A stretch of 64,000 nucleotides of DNA, taken from Cystobasidiomycetes sp. EMM_F5. Its lineage: Eukaryota. Positions 26,401 through 40,182 of this stretch are shown here, one piece after another. The notes under the pieces are model-generated. The model was not told the DNA's origin and ran no database searches. It saw only the letters and a list, made by a program, of their open reading frames with translations. A program made the position numbers and the translations under genes. How positions within the stretch are numbered: the stretch's first letter is position 1; each line of letters begins with the position of its first letter. The DNA lies in NCBI GenBank assembly GCA_051047955.1, contig JBPGPT010000011.1, positions 186,001 to 250,000 on the forward strand. The letters are read 5' to 3'.

Positions 26401-28511
26401 CGGAACAGTCGAGTTTGCTGTCTGAATCGTCTACGCTTCAGCGACCAGCGTAGGATGTCAGACACGCTAGTAGCAAGATTCTCGCCTCGATCAGGCAAAT
26501 CTATCCGGATTTTATCATTGCCGTAGTAGAAATCGAGCTCGTCCTCCCATCCCGGTGAATCCCCAGGTACATCGTCGTAATCATCGTTTCGCTCGTCCTC
26601 TTCATCGATCTGTTCTTGAATAACGGATGTAGCTGCCAGGCCACTTCGGAAATGACTTGCGTTGCCACCTGCTGCGAGATTGTGCACGCTGGGACGATGC
26701 ATCCGCGTAGCGCTTCGCCTTGGTGCTTGCCAATTATCATCAAATGGATCTGAAATTTCAGTACTAGGTGATTTGATGCCCATCAGCAACTCCCTTGTAC
26801 GCGAATTGATGAACCCGCTAGACAAGTCACGGCGAGATATCAAAACGCCTGTTCGGGGATGTGCAGCCAGAGCAGATTGCGCGAGGCCTGCACTAGCTTC
26901 CATCATATCCAAAGACACGGCGCTGCTTCGCTTGAGATCGCCCGATCCAGCGCTGTGGACTGAAGACGGTCGACCATCCAGAGCAGTCGATATGCCCGTC
27001 TCTGAGGATGACGGAGGAATCGCCATTCGACCGCTGCCTGCGCTTGCGCTGCCGCTGCCACTACCGCTCGCGCTCGCGCTTCCAAAACTGAGACTGTTTG
27101 ATCGCTTAGAGCCGCCAGACATTCCTGATCCAGAGCGCGAACCTGATCCACCACTACTGTTGCGCAGGAACGGCGGAGCGGTAAATACGGCAGGCTCGTC
27201 ATCAATGTCAAAATAAGTCGAGGGAGCGGTAGCCGTTACGGCATGTCTGAATGGCATTGGCGTTTCTCCCCCTGTAGACGCCTTTCGCGGCAACAGGGAT
27301 GGTCTAGCGATAGCGTCTGATTGGACTTCATCGGGGTGGCGCAAGATTCCACCTGGGGAGTCTCGCAAAAACTGAGTCCGATGTGCCGGCGACATCTCTG
27401 GCGTTGGTGATTTGTCCACACCATCTTGAGGTAATATACCCAAACCTGACGGCTCCATACGCTGGGAAGCAATAGTTGCTGCTGTTACCAACTCTTCTGC
27501 TTTGCTCCTCTCCGACATGGCAGACATGGCTGCCGAGAAACCGGGCGGGAAGGTCGAGCTGGCGGTGGAAGAGGTCTGCGAGCCGGTAGAGGATGATAGA
27601 GCTGAAGGTGACGTTGCAGACGAAGGAGATCGAGTCATGCCGGCGGACAGGGGCGGCGGTCCTACGTTGATTGGTGGGGGAACTGCACTCTCCAATGCCG
27701 CTCGTAGCGAGATGCTTCCTGTCGAAGGAGTATGTCGATGCGATTTCGGGACGACGTCTGCGCCGTCCTGACTCTTTGAAGACCGTACGCTTGGGCGAAG
27801 CGGCACATTTGACGGTGCTTGATTCTGCTGTTGCTGCGACAGAGTCGACGCGTGAGAAGCCTTTCTCCTGTCCAACGTTGCTCCAAATATCTTTCGTATA
27901 TCTCCTGAATGACGCTTGATGACTGCCGGAAGGGAGTGCGAGTGCGAGGCTGCATTCGCCGAGGTCGGCGTTGACGGGCTCTGGCCGGTGCTCGAGACTG
28001 TCGGCGAGGCGGTCGTCGTGTCTACAGAGCCGCGCGAGGATGTACGGTCGAGTGCAGTTATGCCAGATATGCTCGGGTCGCCTGCGGTATTGCTGTTGCT
28101 GCTGGCAATGTCCTTGCGAGGCATGCGGGGGCTCGTCTGCAGCGGACCGTGGATTGACGGCCCAGGGTTCTGGATGAGGACTGAAACGTCGACGATGAGC
28201 ATAGACCTGAGCAGCCCGTCGCCGTTTGACGTGTAGACTGCCGCCTTGAGCTTCAAGAACTCTTGCGAACTCTGCACTTTCGCCCGGAGAATCTCCAAGT
28301 GGCCCTCATGCTTGGGTTTGCCGGCGAGCAGCTCTGGCGGGATGGCAGCGTCTGGCGGGAACAGGGCTTCGTACGAGTAGACGTCGAGGTTGCTGTCGAC
28401 GAGCCCCAGGAGGACTCTGGCTCCCGCGTTTGCCGTTCGCAGCTTGTCCCCCGAGAAGAGCAGGAAGGGCAGGCTGATGAGCTCAATGTCGACGGTTGGC
28501 GGTGGGGCCAT
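23482..28511 (-). CDS. Cytoplasmic hybrid sensor histidine kinase (PAS-HisKA-HATPase-REC)
   Basis: PAS (NMPQMVWVTKPDG...WQNPFHPDD...RRHDGVWRW...WFGTCTDV), H-box SHEIRTP, N-box NSVKFT, DSGIGI, GGTGLGL and receiver LLAEDN/LLDWHMPIMDG/SKPV; long Ser-rich N-terminus. Confidence 0.93.
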
Positions 28512-29269
28512 GCTGGGGCTATTGACGCTGTGACTGCGCTATATGCTGTGGTATGCTCGCCGTCCGCTCATTCACTGCCGTCCATGGTGTGTTGTAATGG
28601 CTTTCGAGAGAAAAGTAACTCAGCTCACTGGAGGGTCAGAGTAAACTTCAGATGACTAAGCTGCGCAAATCTGAACCCGTCCTGTCACTTGCGGAGACGA
28701 AAACATGGCAGACACAGGGCAATGTGCATGTATCCACTAGTGTTGATGGTTAATGCCCTCTACGCTTGTATTCCGTCTCATCGCCCGCCGCTAGCTGCGA
28801 CGCGAAGACCCGCAACAGAACAGTCTGTACCCTCCTGTCCTCTTCTCATCCTTGTTCCTCTGCATTCCGTGGCCGTACGCAGACTACTGAGCCTCACTTG
28901 TATCCCCTCACCTCTCTTCAGGAACGCGTCATCTCGCTCGCTTCCTGCTCCGTCCATGCCAATAATGTACTATAGCGACTACAGACCGTGTCCAAGCATC
29001 ATACCGATTAGCCCAATCTACGCTTCAGACCCTTATTGTAGAGGCTCTCTACTCACGGACTCAATATGGCGGCCCAGGATCGGTCTGTTCAGAGGTCCCT
29101 TTCGGCGTGTTTTGACGGCCATCAGTTGTCCGCCCCAGCCAGGCATGCTTGTGTTATATTCGTTGATCCCAGACTGTGCAGACGATCATATTGTGACACA
29201 CTGCTGGGTTTTTGCCAAGCTCCCGGCAACTTGCGACCAGTCTGATTCCTATCTGAAGAGGCATTTGGA

Positions 29270-29671
29270 TTATGCAGAGGCTTTGGGTTGCAGCAGATCC
29301 CAGCGATTCCCGTACAAATCCTCAAATACGGCCACCGTAGCGTAAGTTTCTTCCCGAGGCTCTTCTAGGAAGTGCACACCCCGGGCTTGCAGAGCGCGGT
29401 AGTCGCGCCAAAAGTCATCTGTTGTGAGGAAGAGGAATACCCGGCCGCCAGTCTGGTCGCTCACCCTATCCAACTGCGTCGGGCCATCAGCCTTAGCCAG
29501 TAGTAGAGCAGCGCCAGAGGAGCTACCGGGCGGTACAACCAGCACCCAGCGCTTTCCATCGCCCAGAGCCGTATCAGCGAGAAGCCGGAAGCCCATCTTT
29601 TCGACGTAGAAGGTCAGTGCCTCGTCGTAGTCGCGTACTAGTAGAGCGACGTGAGCTATCTGCTGATTCAT
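29270..29671 (-). CDS. VOC/glyoxalase-bleomycin resistance family protein, intronless, bacterial-type (133 aa)
   Basis: MNQQIAHVALLVRDYDEALTFYVEKMGF...KRWVLVVPPG...LLLAKA...QTGGRVFLFLTTDDFWRDY...GVHFLEEPREETYATVAVFEDLYGNRWDLLQ. Confidence 0.92.
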   Translation of the reverse strand: MNQQIAHVALLVRDYDEALTFYVEKMGFRLLADTALGDGKRWVLVVPPGSSSGAALLLAKADGPTQLDRVSDQTGGRVFLFLTTDDFWRDYRALQARGVHFLEEPREETYATVAVFEDLYGNRWDLLQPKASA

Positions 29672-29823
29672 GATGTTATTGCAGTAGAGGTGGTGCCAAA
29701 TGCAAGCCCTGCCCCGCAAAGGGGTGAGAACGATGACTAATCAACGCGTCCCAAGACAACTGCGGTATAACGTTACGGAATAGATTAAATGTCGGATAAC
29801 AATGTCATGTATTCACTGCTACC

Positions 29824-31390
29824 TTACTGCTCTTCACGGCTACACTTGTATACCCAATAGTCCCACCTCATCCACCGGCACGGAGCAGATCCAAACATGA
29901 CCTGAACTTCAGACTTGAAGCGGGGACGGCTGGCATCACCGGAGGACCGGTACGCTCCTTCATCCCGTGCATCCGCTTCTTCGGCGCTGGCTAAGCCACC
30001 CCTCCCTTGTTCCTCCTCGCGCGCAGCCAACTGCGCCTCCAAGTCCCGCAAAAGCGCAGTTTGTTCCCGTTCATCCTCCTCATCCTCGTCTTCCTCTTCT
30101 TCGTCAGTTGTGGTTGTCGTACACACTAGCCTCTCCCTCTCCCCGCTCTCTTCGGCCATTCTACGCAATCGCTTCCTTCTCCGTCCGTGCCACCCGCATG
30201 TCACAAAGTTCGCCCACCATCGCCTACTCTCCTTTCGTCTTTTCGCTCTCGCTCTAGCTTCCCTCGCTTCAAGCTGTTTTCTGACCAGCTCGCGGTAGGT
30301 CGTCTGACCATCCTTGCTCGCCCCGTACGTCAGATAAAAGGTCCGGGATGGGGAAGGAGCAGTCTTGCTGGGCATCAGTAGTGGAGCATACAGTGAAGCA
30401 GGCGTAGATGCTCTGGAAATGTACATTCCCGCTGTCGAGGCATCATCCATGTCTGATCCGAATATTGAGCCAGAGCGAGAAAGAGGGTTGGAGGAAGGAC
30501 GTCGGCTGCTTGAAGTCGCAGACATGGCCATGAGCGGTTGCTGTTGTTGGCTGCTCTGACCAAAAGATAGGCTGTGCGGACGCCCGATGCCGATACCGTG
30601 AAAGTACGAAGGCACGGGTGAAGTGATGGCAGGGCCGTCGCTCGAGGGAAACGTGTAGCCGGCTGGCGGACCATTCACAGAGGCGACACTGCGCACGCTT
30701 CCACGACGCAATTTCTCGTGCAAGTCTACTCCGCTCCGGATACCTCCACATATTCGAACGGTATCTGCAAATGCAATTCGTCCAAAGTTGCTGCCCAGCG
30801 TATCGCCCCCCTCCCCGTCTGCATGTCCATCCTCGCCGTCACTGGCACTCCTATTGCGAGCGCTCTGTAAGGGCGTTGAGGGCCTTGAACGAGACCGCTG
30901 AATAGAACCGTAAGAAGACCGTCTGTCCGACTTGGGCTTCTCTGTACGGGAGACACGTCTCGAATTGGCTGAGGCCGAGTTGAATCCAGAAGAAGCATGT
31001 CCGCTATCCGCTGAAGCTAGCGTAGTTGCTATTTCTTTTCTTCGAGCCCGCCTACTCTGAGACATGGGCTGCGTCTGCTCGCCGTTTACCGTGTCGAAGG
31101 TCGTCTCCCTGGTCACGTCGTACAGTAAACAAGCCGTGTCGTTATCGTCTGGCGTATCTCGCGCAATGTCATCATGTTGGACGATCCACGTACGTCGTCC
31201 ATCATTGTCATCATCACTTGCACTGTCCTCTGGCGATAGCACTGCGAGAGGTGAGCTCTCCCTTCGTGGCCGGGGCACAGTCAGTCGACCAAGCCCATCG
31301 CGGGATTGGAGCACGCCGCTAGAAGCTGTCCGCGACCGTTGCTGGAGGAGGGCAAGTCGACGTTCTACGTGCCGATAAAGTACCGTTCAT
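29824..31390 (-). CDS. Hypothetical low-complexity protein (Ser/Arg-rich, acidic tract)
   Basis: 496-codon open frame 29824-31314; probable ATG exon at 31390; no recognisable domain. Confidence 0.6.
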
Positions 31391-32144
31391 AATGATGACC
31401 CGTCGTGTCCAAACAAGTCAATATTTAGCCCGTATTCGTTACGATAACCGGCCATCCAATTCTACATACCTAAATGCTCGATATGTCGCTCAGACTCAGT
31501 CTGCACGGTCGTCCACTTCGGCTTGTCCTGCCGGTCAGCTGCACCACTCGTCGGCCAGGAGTGGTCCAGTTCAGCGGACACGATGCTTCCAGACGGCGGT
31601 GTCCTGCTCCGTTGCTGGCTGTTCTCTGAAGCTATCGATACTCTTCGCCCAGTCTGGTTTCTCACAGAAGCGGTGCGCGAGCCGGGTATGCGGTCATTTT
31701 CCGTCATGATTGCCCAAGTTCAGCCCAGCTCAGCCTAATTGGCAGCAATTATACGTTTGATCCTGTAGCAGCAAGTATGCATATTGCAGGTTATGTCGAG
31801 TCGGCGATGGTCGGAAAGCCAACGCGTTCAATCCGGAATTCTGACTTCATTGCGAGATTATATCGCGGCTTGGGCTTTCACTGACTCTGACCGTCATGGA
31901 CATCCTTCCCAGCCCATATTATGAATTCTTCGTCTACCTCGAGCCATTCCTGACCGTGATTGTATGCTTAATATGCAAAGGTCGGCTTGGTGTCGCCCGA
32001 ATTTCTAACGAGCAATCTTTAAATAGGGCATGCTCTGGGGGCTGATCAATCCAGTCACATATCATCACGCTCTCACGGCGTCGTCTAGCCTCGTTCCACC
32101 GAGCTCCGCCGCAATCATGGCAATACGCCAGCTCGCAAACGTAT

Positions 32145-32945
32145 TCAGCATTCTCGCAGCAATGTAAGGCTTTTTAGAAGTAACCCAGCCGCTTGCACAG
32201 TGCGGAGCTGATTTTGTAAATTATGTTCGTGTGTTATAGGTCTTTCTTTGTCCTCCCGCAAATTGCTCAAATTAACACCGTCTCCGCTCTCTACACGATT
32301 CGAGCATTCCTTGGGATTCTTGGACTTGCTGACTTGACACACGTAAGCTTTACTTGCCTTTGTGAACATTCGAACAACCGACGTGACAGATCTACTCCTG
32401 CAGATCGCATGGACACTGTACGATCTCGGATCACTTCGTTATCAACCCTCAAGCTGGAACTCGATGATTCACGGTTAGTAGAACGGGTTGCGTGGTGCCA
32501 ACTCTGCTAACTCGCAGACTTCTCTGCAGGAAATACAACGCTCGTTGTAGTACTCTTCGCCTGGCGCGCGATGTGGATGCGATACTCAGAGCGAGTCTTA
32601 CGAGAAGGACGCCTAAAGAAAGCATAGCTTCTCGCGTCATGTAAGATCGAAGGTTGGTTCGAAAGACTACAATGCGCACACGTCCAGTGGCAGCACAGTC
32701 TGGTGGTACCGCCATGGATACACACCGGATTCTGGTATCGAGGCTAGCTCGACGCAAGCGGGAAATCGGAGCCTCAGTGCTTGAAGGGCATGGCCAACGA
32801 GACATGACGTCGCTGATGCGTCTTGTTTTGCCGCATGCATGACTAGGCCACTGCGTGGCCGCCTGAGCATTCCCCTGGAATCCACTGGCATTGCTTTCAC
32901 TTTCTCAGGGTCGTCATGCTGTACGCAGGAGCACGCACTAAACAA
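32145..32945 (-). CDS. Possible multi-exon hypothetical protein (bounds uncertain)
   Basis: Several overlapping short minus-strand ORFs with splice-like signals, including a helical segment YMTREAMLSLGVLLVRLALSIASTSRARRRV; family not recognised. Confidence 0.3.
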
Positions 32946-32998
32946 GCGACGTTGTCGGGTCCGAGTAGAGAGAAATCGTCCAATTTGTGACGCTTCAC

Positions 32999-35705
32999 CT
33001 ATTTGTACCGCACATGCACGACATCGTCATCGCTATCTGATACCGTATGATATCGACTGATAGGACCCTTTGCACTCCAGTAGTCTGCACGAGACTGAGT
33101 TGACAGTCTTCGAGCTGAAGGCTTGGATGCGCTGTGGGGTATATCACCGTCACTGACTTCCATGTCTGACCCTGCATCACGGATGCTCTTCTTGCTCTTC
33201 GCAATGAGAGAAGGTTCGGCCAGCGCTTTACGGGTTACTGGAATGCGCTTCAGCGAATTCTTTCGATTCCTGTCAACTTGAGAGCGAGCTTTAGCGGGCG
33301 TAGTTGGGCGGGACTTGCTTGACTGATCGCTGGCGCGACGAGCAGGTTGTTTGCGTTTGGTCGGAAGAATCGTGACCTCTCCCTCCTCCAAATCATCTTC
33401 AAAGTCAGAATCCTTGACAGGATTGTCGTTATCTGACTCGTCTGAAACATCGGGAATGACGCGTAGTACCCTCTCGGGCTGGATCGCCTTGGATCTACGT
33501 TTCGTAGCAGTGTACTTAGACTCTTTCTCCTCTTCTTCGCTGCGATGCTCGTTGTCTCTGACTTTAGCGACGGCAGACGTCCCATCCGAGTCGGATCCGA
33601 TATCAATGAGTCGCATAGCCTGCGCTTCATTGGCCTTCTTTACGGCTGGTCTAGCCTGCGGCTCTGGCGATGAAGTGACTAGGTCGATGACTTGGACAGG
33701 TGCTTTCGGAGCTGGATGAAACGGCTCTATCTCGGGTTGCTTGGCTGATTGCTTAGGCTTTGTGTAAGTTGCAGGGGCCTCCGGACAGGAGAGGTCGACC
33801 TTCAACCCAATCTGCTTCGCTTTCGTCTGAATCGGCTTCGGTTCTGTGTCCTCCTTCTTCTGGTCATCACGGCTCTTTCCTGTTTGATGCTCGCGCTTCT
33901 GTCGCTTCCGCGCACCATCTTCAGGTTGACGTCTAGACGGAGAGGGTGGGCGTTTCGGGGGTGGTCCAGCTGGTGGGTCTGGCAACCCAGCCAAAGTGCG
34001 TATTCGACTTCGTGCGGAAATCATCTCTGGCGTCGCACCTAGTATACTGCCCAGCAAACTGCGTTTGCACTCATCCGCCTCATCATCGTCATCTCCGGTC
34101 CCAGGTATAGCTCGCCCAGATAGAGTGGGCAGCTTGATATTTGATTGCGCAGCTGCAATTCTCGCAATAAGGATTGAATGACGATAATATAGTGAGGCTG
34201 TAAGGACTTCGAATGCTCCCGCAAGCGATTGTCGCACAGATATAATATTGTGCGAACCGCCAGAAACATCGTTGGCTGCGGACGAATGTCAGAGGAAAAC
34301 CGGCTCCTCGCAATATACCCTCACTTGGATCCGCAGGGTCTTCGATACTGAGCAGAAAAGGAGCATTGGGTCTTTGCCAACCTCGTCTTGTCTTGGAATA
34401 GTACGATCCTCCGCTCGATAGGCAAATACCGACATCTTCGTAACTGCGTGAATTCGACCCATCAGCAGGAATATCATGAGGTGGAACGAAAGCCATACTT
34501 GAAATGCTTGCCGTATATTTCTAAAAAGTCTAGTAGCAGAACACCGAGGTTGTCCCACGGATTGATCTCCCTCTTCTGTAACTTCGGATGCAGCTATGAC
34601 GAGACATTAGCTAACATGGGTAAAAGTATGTAGTGACGTACCTGCAGGAAAGACGTCACAAGACAGATAATGCTATAGCTGCCCAGTCCCCCTGTATAGA
34701 CTTCATTCATGCTGCGCCCGCTTAGGAATGTCTTGATGATCAGGACCAGAGCTCGCGCAGTATCCTCGCCAACTTCGGCAAATAGCTGATTGACCCGCTG
34801 GCTTACATTGAGGCCATTCATCATGTTGAGGGAAATATCAATCTTGAAGTTTCCGCGGACAGATACAAATTTCACGATGGGTACTTTGGCTTTGGCGATG
34901 ACAACGACGTCTTTACCTATCCCTGACTGCGCCAGCTGACTAGATATTAGATACAGAATCTTGCGTTGTTGACCCTTAATGGATGGTATGGAAGGTGACA
35001 TTACGACCAGGTCGATGTCGCTGAATGGCTGTATGTCAGGGTTCGGCGACGCGAGCGGGAGAGACTGACAGCGCTGACTGACCCTGTAGGTAAATATAAT
35101 TTCGTTTCAAAGCTGCCGAAAGCATAGACTGATGCGTCGCGCCAGCGATTCATGATCATTCGTCGGACGTCGTCGATGACGCTCAGTCGGACATTATGCT
35201 CATGTTCGGCGGGTGCAATGTACTTGACAAAAGACTTGATTTCTGCTGTAAGTCTTGATGAATGCGTATGAGTTCACTTAGCCACGGTGTAACAGCAGCC
35301 CTGTCGTGGGCGACTCACTGGTCGACTGCGCTGGCGTGACGGTCCCAGTCAACATTCGAGGACCACGGGCTATGAATCCAAGTCAGTCTTATGCACTGTA
35401 TATAGCCCAGTAGATACCCACGTTGATGTTTCCACATTTTCTAGTCTTGCTTTGCCTTTGGACTGCAAGACCTGGCCAATGTTCCGCTTCTGCCCACGCT
35501 TTCCGCCAGGTCCACGGCCATTGTATCTATCTCCATTTGCGTTGCCGTCTTCGTCGCCGGAGATGTTGCCGAATGAAATGAAATCGTCATTTTGCAAAAA
35601 GTCGCCTTGTTGATCTTGTTGACCTGGTTTGCTCGGCAGAGGATGAGCTGGACGCAACGAGCTCGTCTTTCGCGCTCCGCGATACGACTGCCCTTGGCTT
35701 CTCAT
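32999..35705 (-). CDS. TRF4: Non-canonical poly(A) polymerase, Trf4/Cid14 family
   Basis: FGSFETKLYLPTG-DIDLVV, IAKAKVPIVKFV, IDISLN, NEVYTGGLGSYSI, NLGVLLLDFLEIYGKHF, LSIEDPADP and SLLGSIL motifs; charged C-terminal tail. Confidence 0.88.
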
Positions 35706-35848
35706 ACTGGTGGCCTCGACCTTGTCGGACGAAGTGTGAAAGCCAAGTGCCACTAAAAACCGAGATTGGTGGTATATTACTGCAACAAGCCATGAAGATC
35801 TACTGCTAAATGCACTGCATAGACACTCTATTGCATAACTGCTAATCT

Positions 35849-36930
35849 CTATACCTTCTTAACAATCTTGCTTGGAACGGTCCAAAAGGAGAAAGCTACG
35901 ACAAGTCGAATGGCAGTACCGATGCCGAGAGACGCCGCTCCGCCGATGTAGTTGATGATTATCCGACTGATCAGAGCTCCTAGAAGCAGCATGAATACTG
36001 CAGCTGCTCGATGATCACGGGATGCGACCAGACGCGGTTTGAGCAAGCCTGGATCTGCCGCCAATTCCGTCCAAATCGTAGTCAGCACGACAGTCGTGCC
36101 ATAGTGAGTGTTGAGACGTTTGGCCGCAATGGCTTGCAAACCCATGGAGCCAGATATGAAAGCTATCGTGACAAACCCAAGCGCATTGTCCCAAGGAATA
36201 TCGCCTCTATCAGGAGCGATTGAAGAAGCGTCCGAAATGATATCAGCGAGGAAACCAATAAACATGGCTCCAGTCTGCGCAAACGTGACGCCAATGAGCC
36301 ACCATCGCTTCTTGGGCCCAAGACGGTCGCCAAGCTGACCACCGAGGAGAGAGCCGAGAACAAACGAGCATAGCGATGTTAGAGCGAGCCGGTCTGCCGG
36401 ATGGAAGTAGGTTGTCCGGTCTGGACCAGAGAATATGCGAGCGATGGCTGCGGCTAGTTGTACTACATTTCCTCTGTATAACAAACGCTTGTCAGAATAG
36501 AATAACTTTCCAGCAGTACCGTAGGTCATAGTCCGCACGTCTGGAAGCCCGAGAAGAGGAAAGCGGCTGCAAATGAGACAGCATCCACCCAGCCAGTAAT
36601 GAAGCAGTATGCCAGCAGCTGGTAAGTGCACTGCAAGCTGTAATTATCAGGTTTTGAACAGCTCGCCGCCACTATCACGCAATGTCCAAATGGCTGCAGC
36701 CATACCTGAGCTGGGTCGACTTCTCCGTCAAGGTGTTTCCATATCCGTCTGAGCAGCGAATCTTGAGGGTGAACTGCTGCCGTACTCTCTGGCTCGGTGT
36801 ACGATAGCTTATTCGACTGCTGTGCGAAGTTGTTGCCGCCCAGCTCTACGTCTTGACCATTCTCGGAGGCTAGCTGGTCGGCCGCAGCTTGATTCGCAGT
36901 ATCCACGCCATACGCCGGCGCAGCACTCAT
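35849..36930 (-). CDS. DUF1275/YoaK-like membrane protein
   Basis: CFITGWVDAVSF...FSGFQT-GNVVQL, SLCSFVLGSLLGG, SMGLQAIAAKRL, TTVVLTTIW and SRDHR. Confidence 0.85.
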
Positions 36931-37077
36931 GAAACCAGATCGTTCAGCCTTGCAAGAGCTCGTCGGATTAGTCGAGTTTCAACATGCAAAAAGACCGAGT
37001 TTGAATAGGGGAAGCTTCGGCCAAGCCATACAAGACACAACAGGCAGAGCAGCGAACCTATCAAGCGCGAGTCTGGC

Positions 37078-38607
37078 TCATATCGCCATGACTGACGATA
37101 GTGACATTTCCTTGAGCAGAGCTGGCCGCTCTTTATCTTCTCCCGGCCGGTTGCTTTGAAAGTACGAACGGATAGAATTGGCACTTTCGTCCTCACACCA
37201 TTTGATACGACATCCTTTCCGGTCATAGAACTGCCGCACAGTGCCCCAGCTTTGTCGCGCTATGCTTGGAAAGCCAAAGACTGAGTTGAAGTTTCGCTCG
37301 AGCCAAGCGACCGTTCTCGGATCTGCCCATAACACTGAGTCAAATACGTATACGCAAAGCATATTGTCAAGACTAACCTGACGGATATCCACTTCCAAAA
37401 TTGTTGTCAAGCGCTGAAGCTCGCGCCTCGTTCGGCCGAAATTGCCATTCTTCCATGAATGTATCCCTCGTCACTTTGGCTACTACACTCGCAGCTGATA
37501 CGACCGGAAACAGGGCGTCCGCTTTCGGGACGACGGTAAACTGAATGCCAGGGAATATTGCTGACAATTTGGCGGCATACAGCTCGTGCGGCCCGACTGG
37601 ATCAACGAAGATCTGCAACGGGAAGTCAGTGTTTGAAAGAGACTAGCCGACATTCATGCTTACATGGGTCAGCGGATACCCTCGCTCAATCACTTCCCTA
37701 ATCAGTCTCACAGTGACATCTTGTGACTGGGCGTTTCTGTACGCTAGCATCAGCTAGAATCTCAGCGGAGCATGAGGGAAGATTGAGGGACACACAGCGA
37801 ATAATTGGTCCGTTGCAGCATGCCAGCGGATATATCTTGTGGGTGCATGACGGTCACTGCGTAGTGCAACGTACTCCCTTCTGGTTCGCCGTCCAGAATT
37901 CTCTGCATCAGTCTTGTCCGTTGCACGTCGGTAAGGGCTTTGGAGTCTGTTGATGGCGTTAGAAGCGCCGTCATATTGCACATAGCTTGAGACGTACCCG
38001 CAAATCCCATCTCCTTGAGCAGTGATGTGCATGAGGCAGGGCAGTATGCAGCACCGTACACCTGCGGGCCTGTATGGGTCAAGTAACGAATAGCCACCGG
38101 CGCGTAATGCGATATCGGTCGCGTAAACAGGCAGCATTTCAGGTATTGTATCGAAACTACCAAAAGCAGCCTACCGAGAACTGGACCACGTCCAGCTTCA
38201 TCTATGCCCAATATCCACTGTTCTTGCGGTTCCGCTTCCTTGAATGCGTCTGCAGTATCGACAAATCCGCCTTCGACAGCTGCGTCTCGCCAACTCGTCT
38301 TGGCCTGACTGCTGCCGTTGCTGCCAGACCCGCTAGCTTCGTACAAGCCTGCAGAGTGCCAGGTGTAGCTCGTAGCGTAGTTGGCGTCACTCATGCACGG
38401 TAGCCCGTGTACGACTGCTTCCGCGCCGCCGTCGTCGTCGTCCAGGTCAGTGGTGTCGTTGCTGCCAGACGCTCGAACAGGCGATGAGGGTAGCCCATTC
38501 CGCTGCGTAAATGAGCCAGCGGCCATGTTGACGGTTCTGATGCGCAGATGTTGGGCGCAGGCCTTTGGTAGAAGCAAACGCAACCGGCTCATCGCGATGC
38601 GTTTCAT
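37078..38607 (-). CDS. RNH201: Ribonuclease H2 catalytic subunit A (start may be the ATG near 38526)
   Basis: LGIDEAGRGPVLG-PQVYG, DSK, IFVDPVG, KADALFPVVSAASVVAKVTRD, FGSGYPS-DP and ARQSWGT. Confidence 0.93.
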
Positions 38608-38671
38608 TCCGACAACAACACGGCAAACACTCCGCTTATGTGATTCAACTTACTATCGCATCCAATACTAT

Positions 38672-40182
38672 TCAATCACCCTTGAACTTGAAGCCCCTGA
38701 CGATATTGGCCTCGGTGTCGCCCTTTGATAGCATCAACTCGACGCCCCACATGGTCAGCGTGATGAAGATATTAAGCCAACTCCAGAAGACATGACCGCC
38801 TTGATTATTGAGGAGCAGGAGATGCGTATACACCAAGACGAGTATGCTGCGCGAGACGTAATCAGCTTGATCTCAGACAGTCTTGTGGCATGTTTTGGGA
38901 AAGCGCACAATCTGCTATAGGAGAGGATCAACGGCAACCATCCTAGCTGACCTCCAGAGTCGTCAGACTCGTAACTGCCATCATAGCCGGTCTGCGCTCT
39001 CTTCAAGGCGAGCACGACGTGTCCTGCTGCGTACAGTATCGCGACTCTGTAAATCAAGCCGACTATGACAGGCAGCGGTAGAGCAGAGTACGCTGCAAGC
39101 AGGAAATCAAGCGAAGCGCCGAAGAGGTGGCTGAAGAAGGAAATGATGGTCGAAAGACTGTGGATCTATGATGAGCGACGATTCAGGATATCAGGGTCTG
39201 CAAACCTACCTTTGAACGAGCTGAGGCGGACCGTTCTGGTGAAGTGATCCCAAGTACGTCCATGGATTAGGCCCATCCGTAAGGTAGTAGATCTGAAAGG
39301 TGAGGTATGCCATCATGAGACTTGTCTCGACGACATTGCCCTTTCGCATTGCAAAGGCGATGCCACTAGGTAAGGGTTGCGAAGGCGTCAGTCAGGCTTC
39401 GCGGCGGCAGGGTGATCATTACATACGTCAGGAATATGACACTTGTCAAAGATACGCCAATGAGAGTTGCGCTCGTCGGGGTAGCAGAGCTAAACTTGTA
39501 GGAATCAAAGAGGAAAAATGCCGACATCACGTAGGTTCTGTTTACAGAAGCCGGGACTTAGCGGGACCACGACATGCAGGAGGGGCAGTCACGTACGCTG
39601 CTGAAGAGATGAGAAACACAAATTGAAAGCTCTCGTTGCGTTCTTCAATATAGAATCTCGATATCTGACCGAGTGCTTGTATGACGAGCAGTGTCGATAT
39701 TCCTTCGGCGAGCACAAAGAGCGGTGTGAGGCCCTTCAGTACTGTTTCCCAGGCGCTGGGGACGTGAGCGAGGAGCTTCCCGAGCTGATTGATTGCTTGC
39801 GGGGAGTGGTACAGGTTCAGGAAGAGCAGAAGGATCGCTGGGACGGCCAAGACTTGCACCGGACTGAAGAGGACTGTCAGGAAGCGTAGCCGCGTATGAC
39901 GGAGAGCAATGTCGACCGATGCTTGAACGAAGAAATAGGCTGCCAGTGCTGCAGATAAAGCCAGGAAGCATGGCTTGCCGGCGACCTGTTTGAGCATGAA
40001 AGGTCAGACACGGTTGATTTCTCGATGTCAATATCCACCTCGAGGGACAGCGGTAGATAGATGAGGACCTATAACGAGCTGCGTTAGTTAATGTTGGCCC
40101 ACTCCATCAGTCTCCAGCTCACCTGAAGCAGACACAAAAACCCAAGGACTGTTCCATACCCGACCAACCATTTTGACGCCAT
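38672..40182 (-). CDS. ICE2: ER membrane protein Ice2
   Basis: LTPLFVLAEGISTLLVIQALGQI, RKGNVVETSLMMAY, YRVAILYAA and C-terminal ILVLVYTHLLL...WSWLNIFITLTMWGVELML. Confidence 0.85.

Noticed and set aside
28689..29345. 218-aa plus-strand ORF next to the VOC gene
   Set aside because: Non-ATG start, no recognisable motifs, and it overlaps the VOC gene antisense; probably spurious.
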